The position numbers were made by a program, and so were the translations under genes. A DNA stretch of 64,000 bases from Glaucostegus cemiculus (lineage: Eukaryota), in contig CDPCPM010000033.1 of the NCBI GenBank assembly GCA_976551045.1, positions 18,600,001 through 18,664,000 on the forward strand. Reading direction: 5' to 3'. The notes beneath the pieces were generated by a model, which had not been told where the DNA came from, did no database searches, and saw nothing but the letters and a program-made list of their open reading frames with translations. Shown piece by piece: positions 25,840-37,886 of the stretch; position 1 is the first letter of the stretch; every line of letters begins with the position of its first letter.

Positions 25840-26438
25840 AAAAGAGAGCATCCTGACACACTGCATCACTATCTGGTATGGGAGCTGCTCAGCTGCTGGA
25901 CAGAAGTCCCTTCAGAGAATAATAAGAGCGGCAGAGAAGATCATAGGTGTCTCTCTACCCTTTATTGCGGATATATATAAGGATCGATGTGTTGGAAAGG
26001 TCACAAATATAATGTTGGACCCTTCTTACCCCTCCTACCATCTCTTTACACTCTTGCCATCTGGAAGAAGGCTCCAGTGCATCCGGGCAAGGACTACCAG
26101 ACTGTGCAATAGCTTCTTCCCACAAGCTATCAGAACTGTGAACTCCCTCATCCCTCCATCACTCCCACCAACACCAAAGGATGCTAGGCGTACAGAAACA
26201 CACCAGCACTTTAAATGTCCGTTGCCAGTACGCTCACTCTAAGATTATTTATTTAGGTCGCTATTTAATTTTGTGGTTCCAATGTTTTTAGTGTCTTTCT
26301 GTCTTTGTGTCTCTCATTGTTTGTTTCTTATTTTAATGTGTTGAGCAGCTTGACCTGTGGAGTACGGTATTTCACTCCTATGCATACTGAATGTGTATAT
26401 AGTAGTGACAATAAAAACTGATTCTGATTCTGAATCTG
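25840..26438 (+). mobile_element. Rex1/Babar-type LINE, 3' fragment with intact 3' end
   Basis: ORF 25829..26242 ESILTHCITIWYGSC...LQRIIRAAEKIIG...DPSYPSYHLFTLLPSGRR...RLCNSFFPQAIR; the 3' UTR ends with a stem-loop, AATAAA and a (ctgatt)n microsatellite tail. Confidence 0.9.
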
Positions 26439-27796
26439 AAGAGAGAAAATATTTATACTCCCAGACCTACATACGAAATATGTCTTTTAAGGTTTTGTGC
26501 TAAATTGTGTGATTTCTCAACTATAATCACAACTTCTTGTTTACTTTGCTTACTACATTTAAGTACTACAGTCTAAATTACAACATAGTGACCTTACTCG
26601 ACCGTTCTTTCAAACAGGATACTTGATTAAATGGAGATGAAGCTATTACACATCATTTCATGCACAGCACCAGACTCAGCCTATTTGTGAATTACATCAA
26701 ATTAAATTCTATGAATTATAAAATAGTACTGATTGTTTATGCTGCACAAACTCCTGTCAACAAGCTGCTATTTGCAACATCTTATGTATTGCTAAAGTAT
26801 AAAAGTGGTCATGGTTGACTAACCCATTTTTCTTAAATTAACAACCTTGATAAATTGTCATATTAATCATCAAATCAAATTTGCTCAATTTACATGGTGT
26901 TATTTGTTATACTGTAGTAACCTATCAATGTTAAATAACAGTTGTGTCAACATCAAGTTGCTCACAATTTTCCTCAAAAATGAGTTGTTTATAGAAGAAA
27001 ATAGTACTTAAACTGTAATATTTTTTGGTGATAGCTCTTTGGAGATGATGTGAAATGGGAGATGGTCCACATTTTATTCTTCATCTCCATGTTTCTCCTG
27101 ATTTCAAAAAAATCAGGTGTGGGTATCCAATATTCAGTGTTACTGAGGAAGACCAATTTCACTCCAAGTATTTAAAGTAAGAGAGCTAAAGTGACTTGAA
27201 CTCACCCTAACTAACTGGAATAATGGCCCAAGTAACTGGCTGTGGCCAATGGTTCCCAAGGGAGCTGCTGATGTTCAGCCATTCCCACACAATAAGGCCC
27301 AGACCTGTGTGGATACGCTGTAAGTAAAAGACTTCCTGAGTGATGGGCACTGACACACATATCACCCTGTTCCTTTGCTCTACTGGCAGAGCCCAGTCAT
27401 GTTGAGATTCCCCAATATCACAGTGGGGAAACCACCTCCCTGATCCTATGCCAAGTCTCACCAAGTACAGGCTGGGAAATTGTATTCATTTCAATGGGAT
27501 TCTTAGCTTGGAGAATAGGGTAAATAAATCATTCTTTTTTAAAATTGTTTTCTTTAATGTGCTTATTTTGTAGGAGTATTAATTATTTTATTTTTGTTTT
27601 ATTTTTTTAATATTTATATTGTTCTAACTTCAACTTTAATAGCTTTCAAAAGTCTCTGTTTATTGCAGGAACTTGAAATGAAACAAAAATAACTGCACTG
27701 CAATTGACAGAAGATGTAATATTGCCCCCAGCTTTTCCCACTGTCAATCATTCTGGGGCTGGGTCAGCAGTCCATTTCCTGAGACCTTCTCACAAG

Positions 27797-29130
27797 AGAT
27801 TCATAGGGATAGGATTTATAAGCATTTGGAAAACCATAGCCTAATTAGGGACAGTCAGCCTGGCTTTGTGCAGGGCAAGTCGTGCCTTACTAACTTGATT
27901 GAGTTTTTTGACGAAGTGATGAGGATGATTGATGAAGGCAGAACTGTGGATGTTGCCTACGTGGATTTTAGTAAGGCATTTGACAAGGTTCCTCATGGGA
28001 GGCTTATCCAGAAGATTAAGATGCATGGGATCCATGGTGAATTGCCATTTGGATTCAGAACTGGCTTGCCCATAGAAGACAGAGGGTAGTGGTTGATGGG
28101 ACTTATTCTAATGGAGGTCTGTGACTAGTGATGTTCCTCAGGGATCTGTACTGGGACTGTTGCTGTTTGTGATGTATATAACTAACCTGGATGAAAATGT
28201 ACATGTAAGTTTGCAGATGATACGAAGATTGGTGGATAGCATAGAAGACTGGCAAAGGATACAGTGGGATATAGATCAGTTGCAGATATTGACAGAGAAA
28301 TGATAGGTGGAGTTCAACCCGGCCAAATGTGAAGTGTTGCGCCTTGGGAGATCAGATGTAAAGAGACAGTATACTGTAAATAGCAAGACCCTTAACAGTG
28401 TTGATAAGCAGAGGGATATTGGGGGTCCTAGTTCATAGCTCCCTGAAAGTGGCTACACAGATTGATAGGGTGGTAAAGAAAGCATATGGCATTCTTGCCT
28501 TCATTAGTCAAGGATTGTGTTCAAAAGTCAGGAAGTTGTGCTGCAGCTTTACAAAACTTTAGTTAGGCTGCATCTGGAGTATTGCATTCAATTCTGGCCA
28601 CCCCATTATAGGAGCAATGTCAAGGCTTTGGAGAGTGTATAAGAGGTTTACCAAGATGCTGCCTGAATTAGAGGGCATGTGCTATGACGATAGGTTGAAC
28701 AAACTTGGGTTGTTCTCTCTGGAGCAGCGGAGGATGAGGGGAGATCGGACAGCGGTTTATAAGATTGAGAGCCATAGATAGAGTAGACAGCCAGTATCTT
28801 TTCCTAGGGTTAAAATGTCTAATACCAGAGGGCATGCATTTAAGGTGATAGGGGGTGAGTTCAAAGGAGACATGCGGGGCAAATCTTTTACCTAGAGAGT
28901 CGTGGGTGACTGGAATGAACTGCCTGGGATGATGGTGGAAGCAAATACGATAGGGGCTTTCAAGAAGCTCTTAGATAGGCACATGAATGTGAGGGAAATG
29001 GTAGGATATAGGCATTGTGTAGGAAGAAGGGATTAGTTTGGTTGGGCATTTTATTACTAATGTAATTGATTTGGCACAATCTTGTGGGCCGAAGGGCCTG
29101 TTCCTGTGCTGTATTGTTCTATGCTCTATG
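27797..29130 (+). mobile_element. CR1 LINE, 5'-truncated (~1.3 kb), RT domain to 3' tail
   Basis: SQPGFVQGKSCLTNLIEFFDEV...VDVAYVDFSKAFDKVPHGRL, VPQGSVLG, tttgcagatgat (FADD); tail tgtgctgtattgttctatgctctatg. Frameshifted. Confidence 0.95.
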
Positions 29131-29414
29131 CAACAGAAGTCTTGCTACACAACTCCTGGGCTTAGAGGGTCAGCGAGGTCAGCTCTCCACCTCCAGCCCA
29201 GCGGGGCAAGGGCAGTGGATGACACGTTTGAGCAACAGGCTGGATCAAGCACAATTCAGTCCATTAGCTCAGTTATTACTGAACTTACCACAACTGAAAT
29301 GGATGATACACCACTTTACTCCATCAATTGTGAATTGAATCGGCATCAGAACATATTTTCTTGTGTTACTCATGACATAAGACGTGCTCATTCAGCTCAC
29401 TGAGTCAGTGCTGC

Positions 29415-29676
29415 CTCTCAGAACAATCCCATCAATCCCATTCCCCCAGTTATTTCACTGTCACCTGTTCTCTCTCATATGCTCGAGAATTTCTTCTTGA
29501 TTCTCCTACCAACCATTTATGTAGGGTGCAGTTACAATAAACAACTGGCCTACAAACATGCACAACTTTGGGATGTGAGGGGAACCTGGAGGACCCAGGG
29601 GAAACTCCACACAGTCAGTATCATAGGTCAGGGTTAAACTATGAAGCAGCTGCACTACCTGGTGAGCCACTGTGCA
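29415..29676 (-). mobile_element. V-SINE (HE1-like) tRNA-derived SINE, decayed
   Basis: Minus strand: head gcacagtggctcaccaggtagtgcagctgc, then V-domain-like tgtgtggagtttcccctgggtcctccaggttcccctcacatcccaaag. Confidence 0.75.
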
Positions 29677-31859
29677 TTCAGTGACTGCAATCAGCCAATA
29701 TCTAATGTAAATTAAACCAATAATGAACATTAAACCAATAAAACAGAACTAGCCACGAGTTAAAATATGTTATATCAATTTTCTCCAGAAGCAAATAATC
29801 TTAAACCATATAAACAAATATGGCCATAGTAGTTGTGGACCGTCAATGTCAAATATTCCCAGATTAGGTAAAGAACACATTAAGTTGTTCAATATGTTAT
29901 GCTTAATTGTTTAACAGTGATTAAACCTTTTAAGGTATCATTCTCATGAAAAAACTGAAATGTCTAAGAACTCTTGCAATTATTCACACTTCCTCATGTC
30001 CACATGTTTAGGCCAGAAGTGTTTTACTCATCAGTCCACACATAGACATGAGTACAACAGTCTAAACAGAAGCTGACAGAAATTAGTTAATTGTAGTCCT
30101 GCTTCCTCTCATTTTAAGGACTTCACTTTAGAGGCTAAACAAAATGTGATCAAATTGTTCAAAAGACTTTCCCTTTCTGCATCATTGTAAATTATAGATA
30201 AATATGTATGTGTTTTGTGGGATAATTGTTCAAACTGGCCAAACTGATTCCAGTTGAGTCCTTAACAGCCTACAGTGAAGAAAGACTTTCATCGACTGTT
30301 TCTAAAGGTGAAGTGGCAATGTGCTATGTTATCTTGGCTGTTCTAAGTGAAAGAAGTTCAGTTTGTTCTCTGTAGCCAGTGTTAATGCCAAGCTAGGAAG
30401 ATTTGCAAAGTTGTGCACTTCTCCAGAAGGATGAATGATGATCCTTGAGAACTAATTGGAAGCATGAAGATAGCATAAAAATGTTATTCAATCTTCTTTC
30501 TGGCCTCTTCCTCACCAAACACGGGAGTCCCTACATTTCTGTAGAGCATTCACACTAAATGGTTTGTTTGAGAAATGAAATTTTCTCATTAAAGATGCAG
30601 TTAGTGGTTCAAAGTGCCTGAGATTGGTCCCCTCAACCACAGAGTGTGCAGTGAGCCAAAGTTTAATTGCTTAATTGATGATGGACAGATGTTTGCTCTG
30701 TTATTCTCATTAATTCTTTTCCCAATGCAAGAATATTTCCATCCACTGACAAAAATGGGCAAAGCAAATCTAGTTCAATGTTTGGTACTCTCAAGAGCAG
30801 GAGATTAATTGTGCTCCCTTAAACAGCCTTTAAATAAATAAACTGAAAGATAACAGTACAAATTCAGAAATATTGCTGATGGCCTACCTGACACTGTTCA
30901 GCAAGATTTTGCACCAAAAGCAGAATTGATAAAAACAAAAACTGTTACAGATGGATTGGAGTCCACAACTGCATATAACATCTTATTTATATTTTGCATC
31001 GATATTTGAAATGGAAACAAGTAACATTTTTTCCCAATAAGTGATTTAGGTTTTTCTTTTTAAAGTACCCTGCCTCAAAAATTTCAAAGCAGTTCTCATA
31101 ATGAGTATTACCTTCTAACTAGTTTTCAGACTATCCCAGCCTTACCTTTCAGTAACAATTATCCCATTTGTAGTGATATTCATAAAGGAATTGATAAAGT
31201 CCTGTCATTTTGGTAAAGCAAAATATCAAGTTTTAAGAAGTGATAGTAAATAATGTAGTTATTTGCAACTGATTGGGATAAAGAAAGGTACTGTTTAATA
31301 ATCAACCATGCACAGAATGAGCATATCCTGTGGATAACTATTTTAAATTCATCCTCAGCCTTCAGTTGGACTTTTACAAATAACAGATTATCTCTAAGGG
31401 CAAATTCTGTGCAGTTTAATCCTCACAAATCCTATACCTGGAATTTCTCAGGGGCTTTGCTTGGTTTTGTGGGCTGGCACAGCAAAATAACTACAAATGA
31501 TACATTTCCAATATTTCTTTCATCAAAATCAATCCAGTCTTCATCCCCTCCTGGGTCTTGAATGCTCTCCTTAGGCATGAGCTCACTCTTTTAAAATAAT
31601 AATCCATTGTCACCTACATTCTTACAATGACGAACCATCCTATTCATCTCCAAGGTAGTGTTCCAATGTAGTAATTTAACCTTATTTTTATATATTTGTT
31701 TCCATAATGTAAGTGACGCTAGAAAGCCCATAACCCTAGTTGCTCTGTGAAGGTAATGCCTGTCATTCTCTTTGATGATAAGTAGTTGACATGGTATGAA
31801 CATATGTATTTATGTTGACCCCCTCAAACCTGCTCTGACATTTAATAAGTTTGTGACTG

Positions 31860-32200
31860 ATTTGACTGTAAGCTCAACACTGCATTCCAGTGATTCAATG
31901 ACTCTGCTTCCACCAACCTCAAAGAGAATTCCAAAGTCTCATGTCTCTGAAAGAAAAAAAACACCCCATCTTGGTGTGAAACATGTGACCTATTAGTTTT
32001 AAACAGTAACTTCAAATTCAAGATTCTCCCACAAGAGGGAGAACATCCACTTTGTCAAGGATTTGTTTCAATCAAGGCCTCTCTGGCTGTTCTAAACTTC
32101 AGCAGATAACAGTGCAACCTTTCCACCTTTTCCTCATAAGATAACCCTGCTCATTTCAAGTATCAGCCTAGTGATGTTTCCCTGACCTGCTTCCAATGTA
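31860..32200 (-). mobile_element. Highly decayed CR1 3' fragment
   Basis: Reverse complement resembles the CR1 C-terminus (ttatcttatgaggaaaagg = LSYEE.., gaagtttagaac, ttgattgaaaca). Confidence 0.6.
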
Positions 32201-32974
32201 ATAACACCGGAGATGATAGCATGTATTTTCATTGCAACTCATCTCCTCCTTGCTGACATAGAGTGAGTAACCTTGCTGAATTGTTACTGTGTGTTCTGTA
32301 GATAGTGTCTTATAAAGCCACTCAATGAGTGACAAAGGGGAGAGACAAACACTGATGAAGTGAACTGTTCTGTCTTGGATGTCATTGGAAGGTTTCTATA
32401 TTTTAAACCTAAAATATTCCTCTGTTTCTCTTTCCAGCTCTTTCCAGAGAGACTGCCTGATCTGCTGAGTGCTTCCAGTAGTTTTTTTTTCCCTTTTATT
32501 ACAGATTAGAGGAATTATTCTGAAGATATGGGATACAGTTGTTTTTGTGTAATAAGGAGAACAATAAGATGGTGCAAATGACCAGGTTGCAGATTCCTGA
32601 AGGTGAATTTACAAAGGATTTTCCTGGTCATCTGCTATAAAAATTGATGTGAATTGAATTTGGGCTGTTTTTCCAGACCTTCAATGCCTCTTTTGTCAAA
32701 GTTATGGAAGGTTAATGGGATAGGTACCACAGAAATTCACCTCTTAGAGTTGCCTCTCTGTGGACTCTCAGTCAAGGATGAATGGATCATAAAGGTTTTT
32801 CTTATACTTTTCTTAAAGTTGTTCTTGTCCCTAGAAATAACTGGAAAAATACATCAAGTATAGGGTGAAAATTTGGATGCCATCTACTACTCTAACAACA
32901 GCATTTCCTCCATCAGTACAATGACTATTATCTTGGCCTTATTTGCATTCTGTGTTTTTTAATGTTCCAGCTAG

Positions 32975-33335
32975 AGATGATGAGGGGCATAGATAGATAG
33001 AATGGACAGCCAGCACCTTGTCCTCTGGTATTGGCCATTGCTGTCCTAGGCAAATCAGTTTAAGGTCAGAGGAGGAATGTTCAGGGGAGATGTCAAACGT
33101 AGGTTCTTTACACAGAGAGTGTTGGGTACCTGGAACGCACTGCCGGGGGTGGTGGTGGAGGCTGATACAATAGGAGCATTTAAAAGGCTCTTAGATAGGC
33201 ACATGGAAGTAAGAAAAATGGAGGGTTATGGCTGTGTGGGAGGGAAGGGTTAGATTGATCATGGAGGATGGGTTCATATAGTTCAGCAACATCGTGGGCT
33301 GAAGGGCTTATGCTGTGCTGTACTGTTCGATGTAT
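32975..33335 (+). mobile_element. CR1 LINE 3' fragment
   Basis: ttctttacacagagagtgttgggtacctggaacgcactgccg (FFTQRV...WNALP) and tail tgctgtgctgtactgttcgatg; similar to the copies at 8350 and 27797. Confidence 0.9.
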
Positions 33336-33774
33336 CCACCGTTGCTACCAACATCTTCGACCATACTACACAGAATACAACATCTGCTAGAATGTGGCTA
33401 GCACCTTTCAGCCATGGCTGTATAATTCTTGGATGATGGCAATTTTCCTTCACAGCAATGACCTTTGGCCAAATGGTGGTTCATGAGGTATTCACTATTC
33501 CTTCCCTCAAGTCAAGCTCTTTTATGTCTGAAGTTTGAATCAGCTTCTGCTGAATCATTACTTTCCAATAATCTACACATCACCAGACAATCGTATAAGT
33601 CTTAGAAATATGGTTTTATATCTAACTTTGCACTTTTTCTATGGGATTCTATGCATGATAAAAGTCTTAAATAGTAGTGCTGGCACATCGAAGTCCATAT
33701 GCAACTTTCTACCATATATCCCATCCAACGCCCTATTCAACTAATGTACACATATGTTCGCATTGTAGTAAAGC

Positions 33775-33995
33775 CAGTGAACTACTCTCCAGGGCTCTAG
33801 ATTATTGATCAAGTGATGTGAGTTAAGATCCCACCATGGCAACTGATTATTTAAATTCAAGTAGGAAAAAAGGTACTGTCAGTAATGGCAATTATGAATG
33901 CCATGAGGGGTTATTGATGCCCATATGGAAGAAAATCTATCACCCTTACCTGGCCTATGTATTCATGGCTCCACCAATGTGGTTGACTCTTAACA
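33775..33995 (+). mobile_element. Decayed tRNA-derived SINE
   Basis: B-box-like gagttaagatcccaccatggca, body ...gaagaaaatctatcacccttacctggcc...aatgtggttgactcttaac, recalled as a common elasmobranch SINE; family name uncertain. Confidence 0.55.
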
Positions 33996-34129
33996 AACAC
34001 CTGAAATAAAAACAGAAAATGCTGGAAATACTCAGCAGGTCAGACAGCATCTGTAGAAACAGTGTTAACATTGAGGTGGGTGTGAATAAGGATGTTAATA
34101 TTGAGGTGGATGTGAATAATTCAGTTACT

Positions 34130-34495
34130 ATACTCACTGAAGTTTGGAAGGATGAGATATAATCCCAAGATTTGCAAGATAACTATGGAGAAGGGTATTC
34201 TTCAGGCTAACCAATCTGGAACTGAAGTGCAGTTACAGGATTAGATCTTGGTCAAATGGAATTTGTAACTCTGTATCTCAGAGCACAGTGGATGCCCAAT
34301 CTTGGATATATTTAAGGTGGAGATTAGTACATCAAAGAAATTAAGGAAATCAACAATTAAGCAAATCAACGGACATGGGAATTAGGCAGGAAAGTGAACA
34401 TGAGGAACAGAATTTGCCAATGCTCCAGTTGAAAGGGGAAATGGGCATGAGGGGTCATTTGGCCTACCCCTGCTTCTGTATCTTATGTTCTTAAA
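34130..34495 (+). mobile_element. Highly decayed CR1 3' fragment
   Basis: ctatactcactgaagtttggaaggatgaga (LYSL...RMR) ... ggatatatttaaggtggagatt ... ggcctacccctgcttctgtatcttatgttctta tail. Confidence 0.7.
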
Positions 34496-36123
34496 GCAGA
34501 CGCTCATTTCAAACATGTTATTGTTGTTTTCCATTACCTTATGGAAAAATAATCAGTTGAGGAGTGCTCAGCCTCAAGGCCACCAATATTTTTAAGTCCT
34601 TACTTTACGATCATTGTGAAATACCTTCAGAATGCTTAACACTGTTCCGAACTACATTCTCAACAATGGTCAAATCAACCCTTAACTTTACAGAACCTCT
34701 CACCATTGCTTTATCTCTATTAGGGACTTGCTCTGATCAAGCTCTTTGATTAACAACATGTACTTGGTGTCTGTAAAGTAACTAAAGATGTATGGTAAAT
34801 TTTTATCCCAATTACCGGCTTCCAATCAACACAAGCACTTAACATTTACTTCAGTGCGCTGTTAAATCTCTCCACCAGCCCGTTAGTCTAAGAATGGTAT
34901 TGGATACTCTCATGGCTCCCACAACATTAAATTAATATGCTGCTCAGGCTGAATTTCTTCTGGGAATACAACCCATGAAAACATTTTTATCATGGCACTG
35001 GCAGTTATAACAGCTTCCGTGAACATAAGTGATAAAGCATTCACATGGAAAGAAATTCAACTTCAGAATAGTGCTATAGTCCCCCATTTTATTATTGGCA
35101 GACCGTGGTTCAACTATATCTGAACCCATACATCAAAAGGAACATACATGAAATATAGGTACAGGTGACCCCTCCCGCGGTACAGCCATTCAGGATATGG
35201 AAAATTGCCCTTATATAATTCACGAATCACTACTTTAAAAATTTGAGATATGGAATAACATTCACCGTCACAGAATGTATGTGAAAATAAAGTAAATCGA
35301 TAAACACAAAATATTTTTTTCATGTTTCTTGATCAATGTGCAGATAATGCAGCTTTGTGTTATGAAACATCGTAATACTGCCTGTTTTCTAGGAATGCAA
35401 CCCCCTATAATGCAAGGGTCACCTGTACAGTAGAAACAGATGAAGGCCATTTGGCCCTGAGAGCTGCTCTGTCATTCAGTTAGGTCATGACTGATCTGCA
35501 CTTCAACCCTTTGATACAATTAACAGAAATCTGTAAGTAGGGAATGAAGTCCTGCTTCTGTAATAACCTTCTTCCTTGCCCATTATGTGGATGAGGACAT
35601 AATCATTGGATTATGAATGTATTCGACAATAACATTCTTGGAAGTATTCAACCACATAAATGCCATAGTAATTCTCTTTGCTTCCTTTGCTTCTGGAAAG
35701 TTCTTGACCAAATGAGGTCCAACTAAAGCTGAGATTTTAAAAGGACCATAGGTATGTTATAATCCATCGTGGAAATATTTCAGTTTTTTTTATTGACTTT
35801 CAACAGCAAGCCTAATGAACAGTTTGTGTTACATTTCTATGATGGCAGCTAAGCAACGTGCCATTGTAGGAGAATACTTAAAAGCAGTGTGAACACTTCA
35901 ATACTTAATTGGATATAAATTGCTTTGGAGTATCTTAACCTTGTGAAAGGCATTATACAAATGTAAATTCTTTATTTCTTTCTTATGTTATTACTACCAA
36001 CCAGAGGAGTATGCTTAATTTCTATCTTAAGGGTTGTGTTGTAAGTGAAATTCTATCAAGGTATGAGGGGATATTAAGGTAGGTGGTGGTTTTGTTAACA
36101 CATCCTGATGTCATTATAATAAA

Positions 36124-36722
36124 TTAAAAACAGAAAATGCTGAAACAGCAGACCAGACAGCATCTGTGGAGGGAAATGGACAGTTGACATTTCAGGTTGA
36201 AATGAAATCCAGATGAAGGGTCTCCTTGGAGCGTAGGAGAATGAGGGGAGGCCTCATAGAAGTTCATAAAATCATGAGGGGTATGGATAAGGTCTTTTCC
36301 CCAGGGTTTGGAGTCCAGAACTAGAGGGCACAGATACAAGATAAGAGGGGAGAGATTTAAAAGAGACCTGAGAGGTAACTGCTTTACACAGAGGGGAGTG
36401 AGTACCTGGAATGAGCTGCCGGCAGAAGTGGTTGAGGCGGGTACAATTGCCACACATAAGAGGCACTTGGATAGATACATGGAGGGGAGGGGCTTGGAGG
36501 GTTATGGGCCGAACATGGGCAACTGGGAATAGCAAGGAGGATGCTGTGGTCGGCATGGACTAGTTGGGCTGAAGGGTCTGTTTCCGTGCTGTATTTCTCT
36601 ATGACTCACCCCGAAGTGTCGATTGTCCATTTCCCTCCACAGATGCTGCCTGACCTGCTGAGCCCCTCAGCAGTTTATCTTTCGCTCCAGATTCCAGCAT
36701 CTGCAGTCTCTTGTGTATCTCT
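36124..36722. repeat. Palindromic Penelope-derived repeat interrupted by a CR1 insertion
   Basis: Left arm 36124-36224 (aaaacagaaaatgctg...cagcatctgtggagggaaatggaca) and right arm 36608-36722 (tgtccatttccctccacagatgctg...) are reverse complements. Confidence 0.85.
36225..36607 (+). mobile_element. CR1 LINE 3' fragment nested in the palindromic repeat
   Basis: ORF 36308..36532 ESRTRGHRYKIRGERFKRDLRGNCFTQRGVSTWNELPAEVVEAGTI; tail gtgctgtatttctctatgactc. Confidence 0.92.
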
Positions 36723-37683
36723 TTCTAGCTCTGTTAAGTGTATTCAGACTATTGCACAAGAGATGAGATCTGCATCCAGGAAACAACATTATTTATTAAC
36801 TGCAATTATTTTGTGCGGTCTTGTAAGTAATCCTGGCTCTTTCAGGTTAAAATGTATAATTTGCTTTTGGCAAAAAAAATTTGGATGCTCTTATTATTGG
36901 ATTGTGTCAACTGCATGTTTACAATATACTTTATAAATGAAATGATTGGTTGGAAAGTGTAAGCAGTTAACTAATAACCACCAAACTCAGTGTTTTTTTG
37001 TTAAGTACTGCCTTAACTGTATGTTGCAGCTCACGGAAAAGTTGAACAAACTAGTATACTTTGAAAGAGAGCCCCAGGTAATCTCATGCATTAACTTTAT
37101 ATTAAGAGTGTGACCTTTTGAGCTTTTACCCTTAAATCTAGCTTAAATAAATTCATTTAGATCTGATCCCTTATATGTTAGCCAGGATATTCAGTGAATT
37201 CAGGCATGCACAGACATCCATCTGCCTAACAAAATCTGTATTTTAATTACTAAAATTTTGATCCAAACATACTAAACAATGTAATTATATATTTAAAAAT
37301 TGAAGCACTTTTTGCAAGATTTAAGACTAATTGTACTATCAGCAGCTTGGTTTTTGACTGCAGATCTACATATTATAAACCATTCATTTGGAAGGGTTCT
37401 GGTATAAAGTATATAACAGATTACAGTAACATTCAACATTTTATTAAAATTAGAGACCACAGTATATTAAGTCCTGACCTAATAGTATACTAACCTGTGT
37501 TGGACTGTGTATCTTACTACACAACCAGACAGGTGGTGCAATATTAAAACTGATATTCCCACATCTACTGAGTATTCACAGAGCGCTCAATGGAAAACAG
37601 AAATCTACCCACTCACCATTTAGCATGTATCGTCTCCTATTGAACATGCAGATGGCATGGCGGTCCCAGATTTCATTTTAGTT

Positions 37684-37886
37684 NNNNNNNNNNNNNNNNN
37701 NNNNNNNNNNNNNNNNNNNNNNNNNNNNNNNNNNNNNNNNNNNNNNNNNNNNNNNNNNNNNNNNNNNNNNNNNNNNNNNNNNNNNNNNNNNNNNNNNNNN
37801 NNNNNNNNNNNNNNNNNNNNNNNNNNNNNNNNNNNNNNNNNNNNNNNNNNNNNNNNNNNNNNNNNNNNNNNNNNNNNNNNNNNNNN
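37684..37886. other. N-run (203 bp)
   Basis: Run of N seen directly. Confidence 0.99.
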
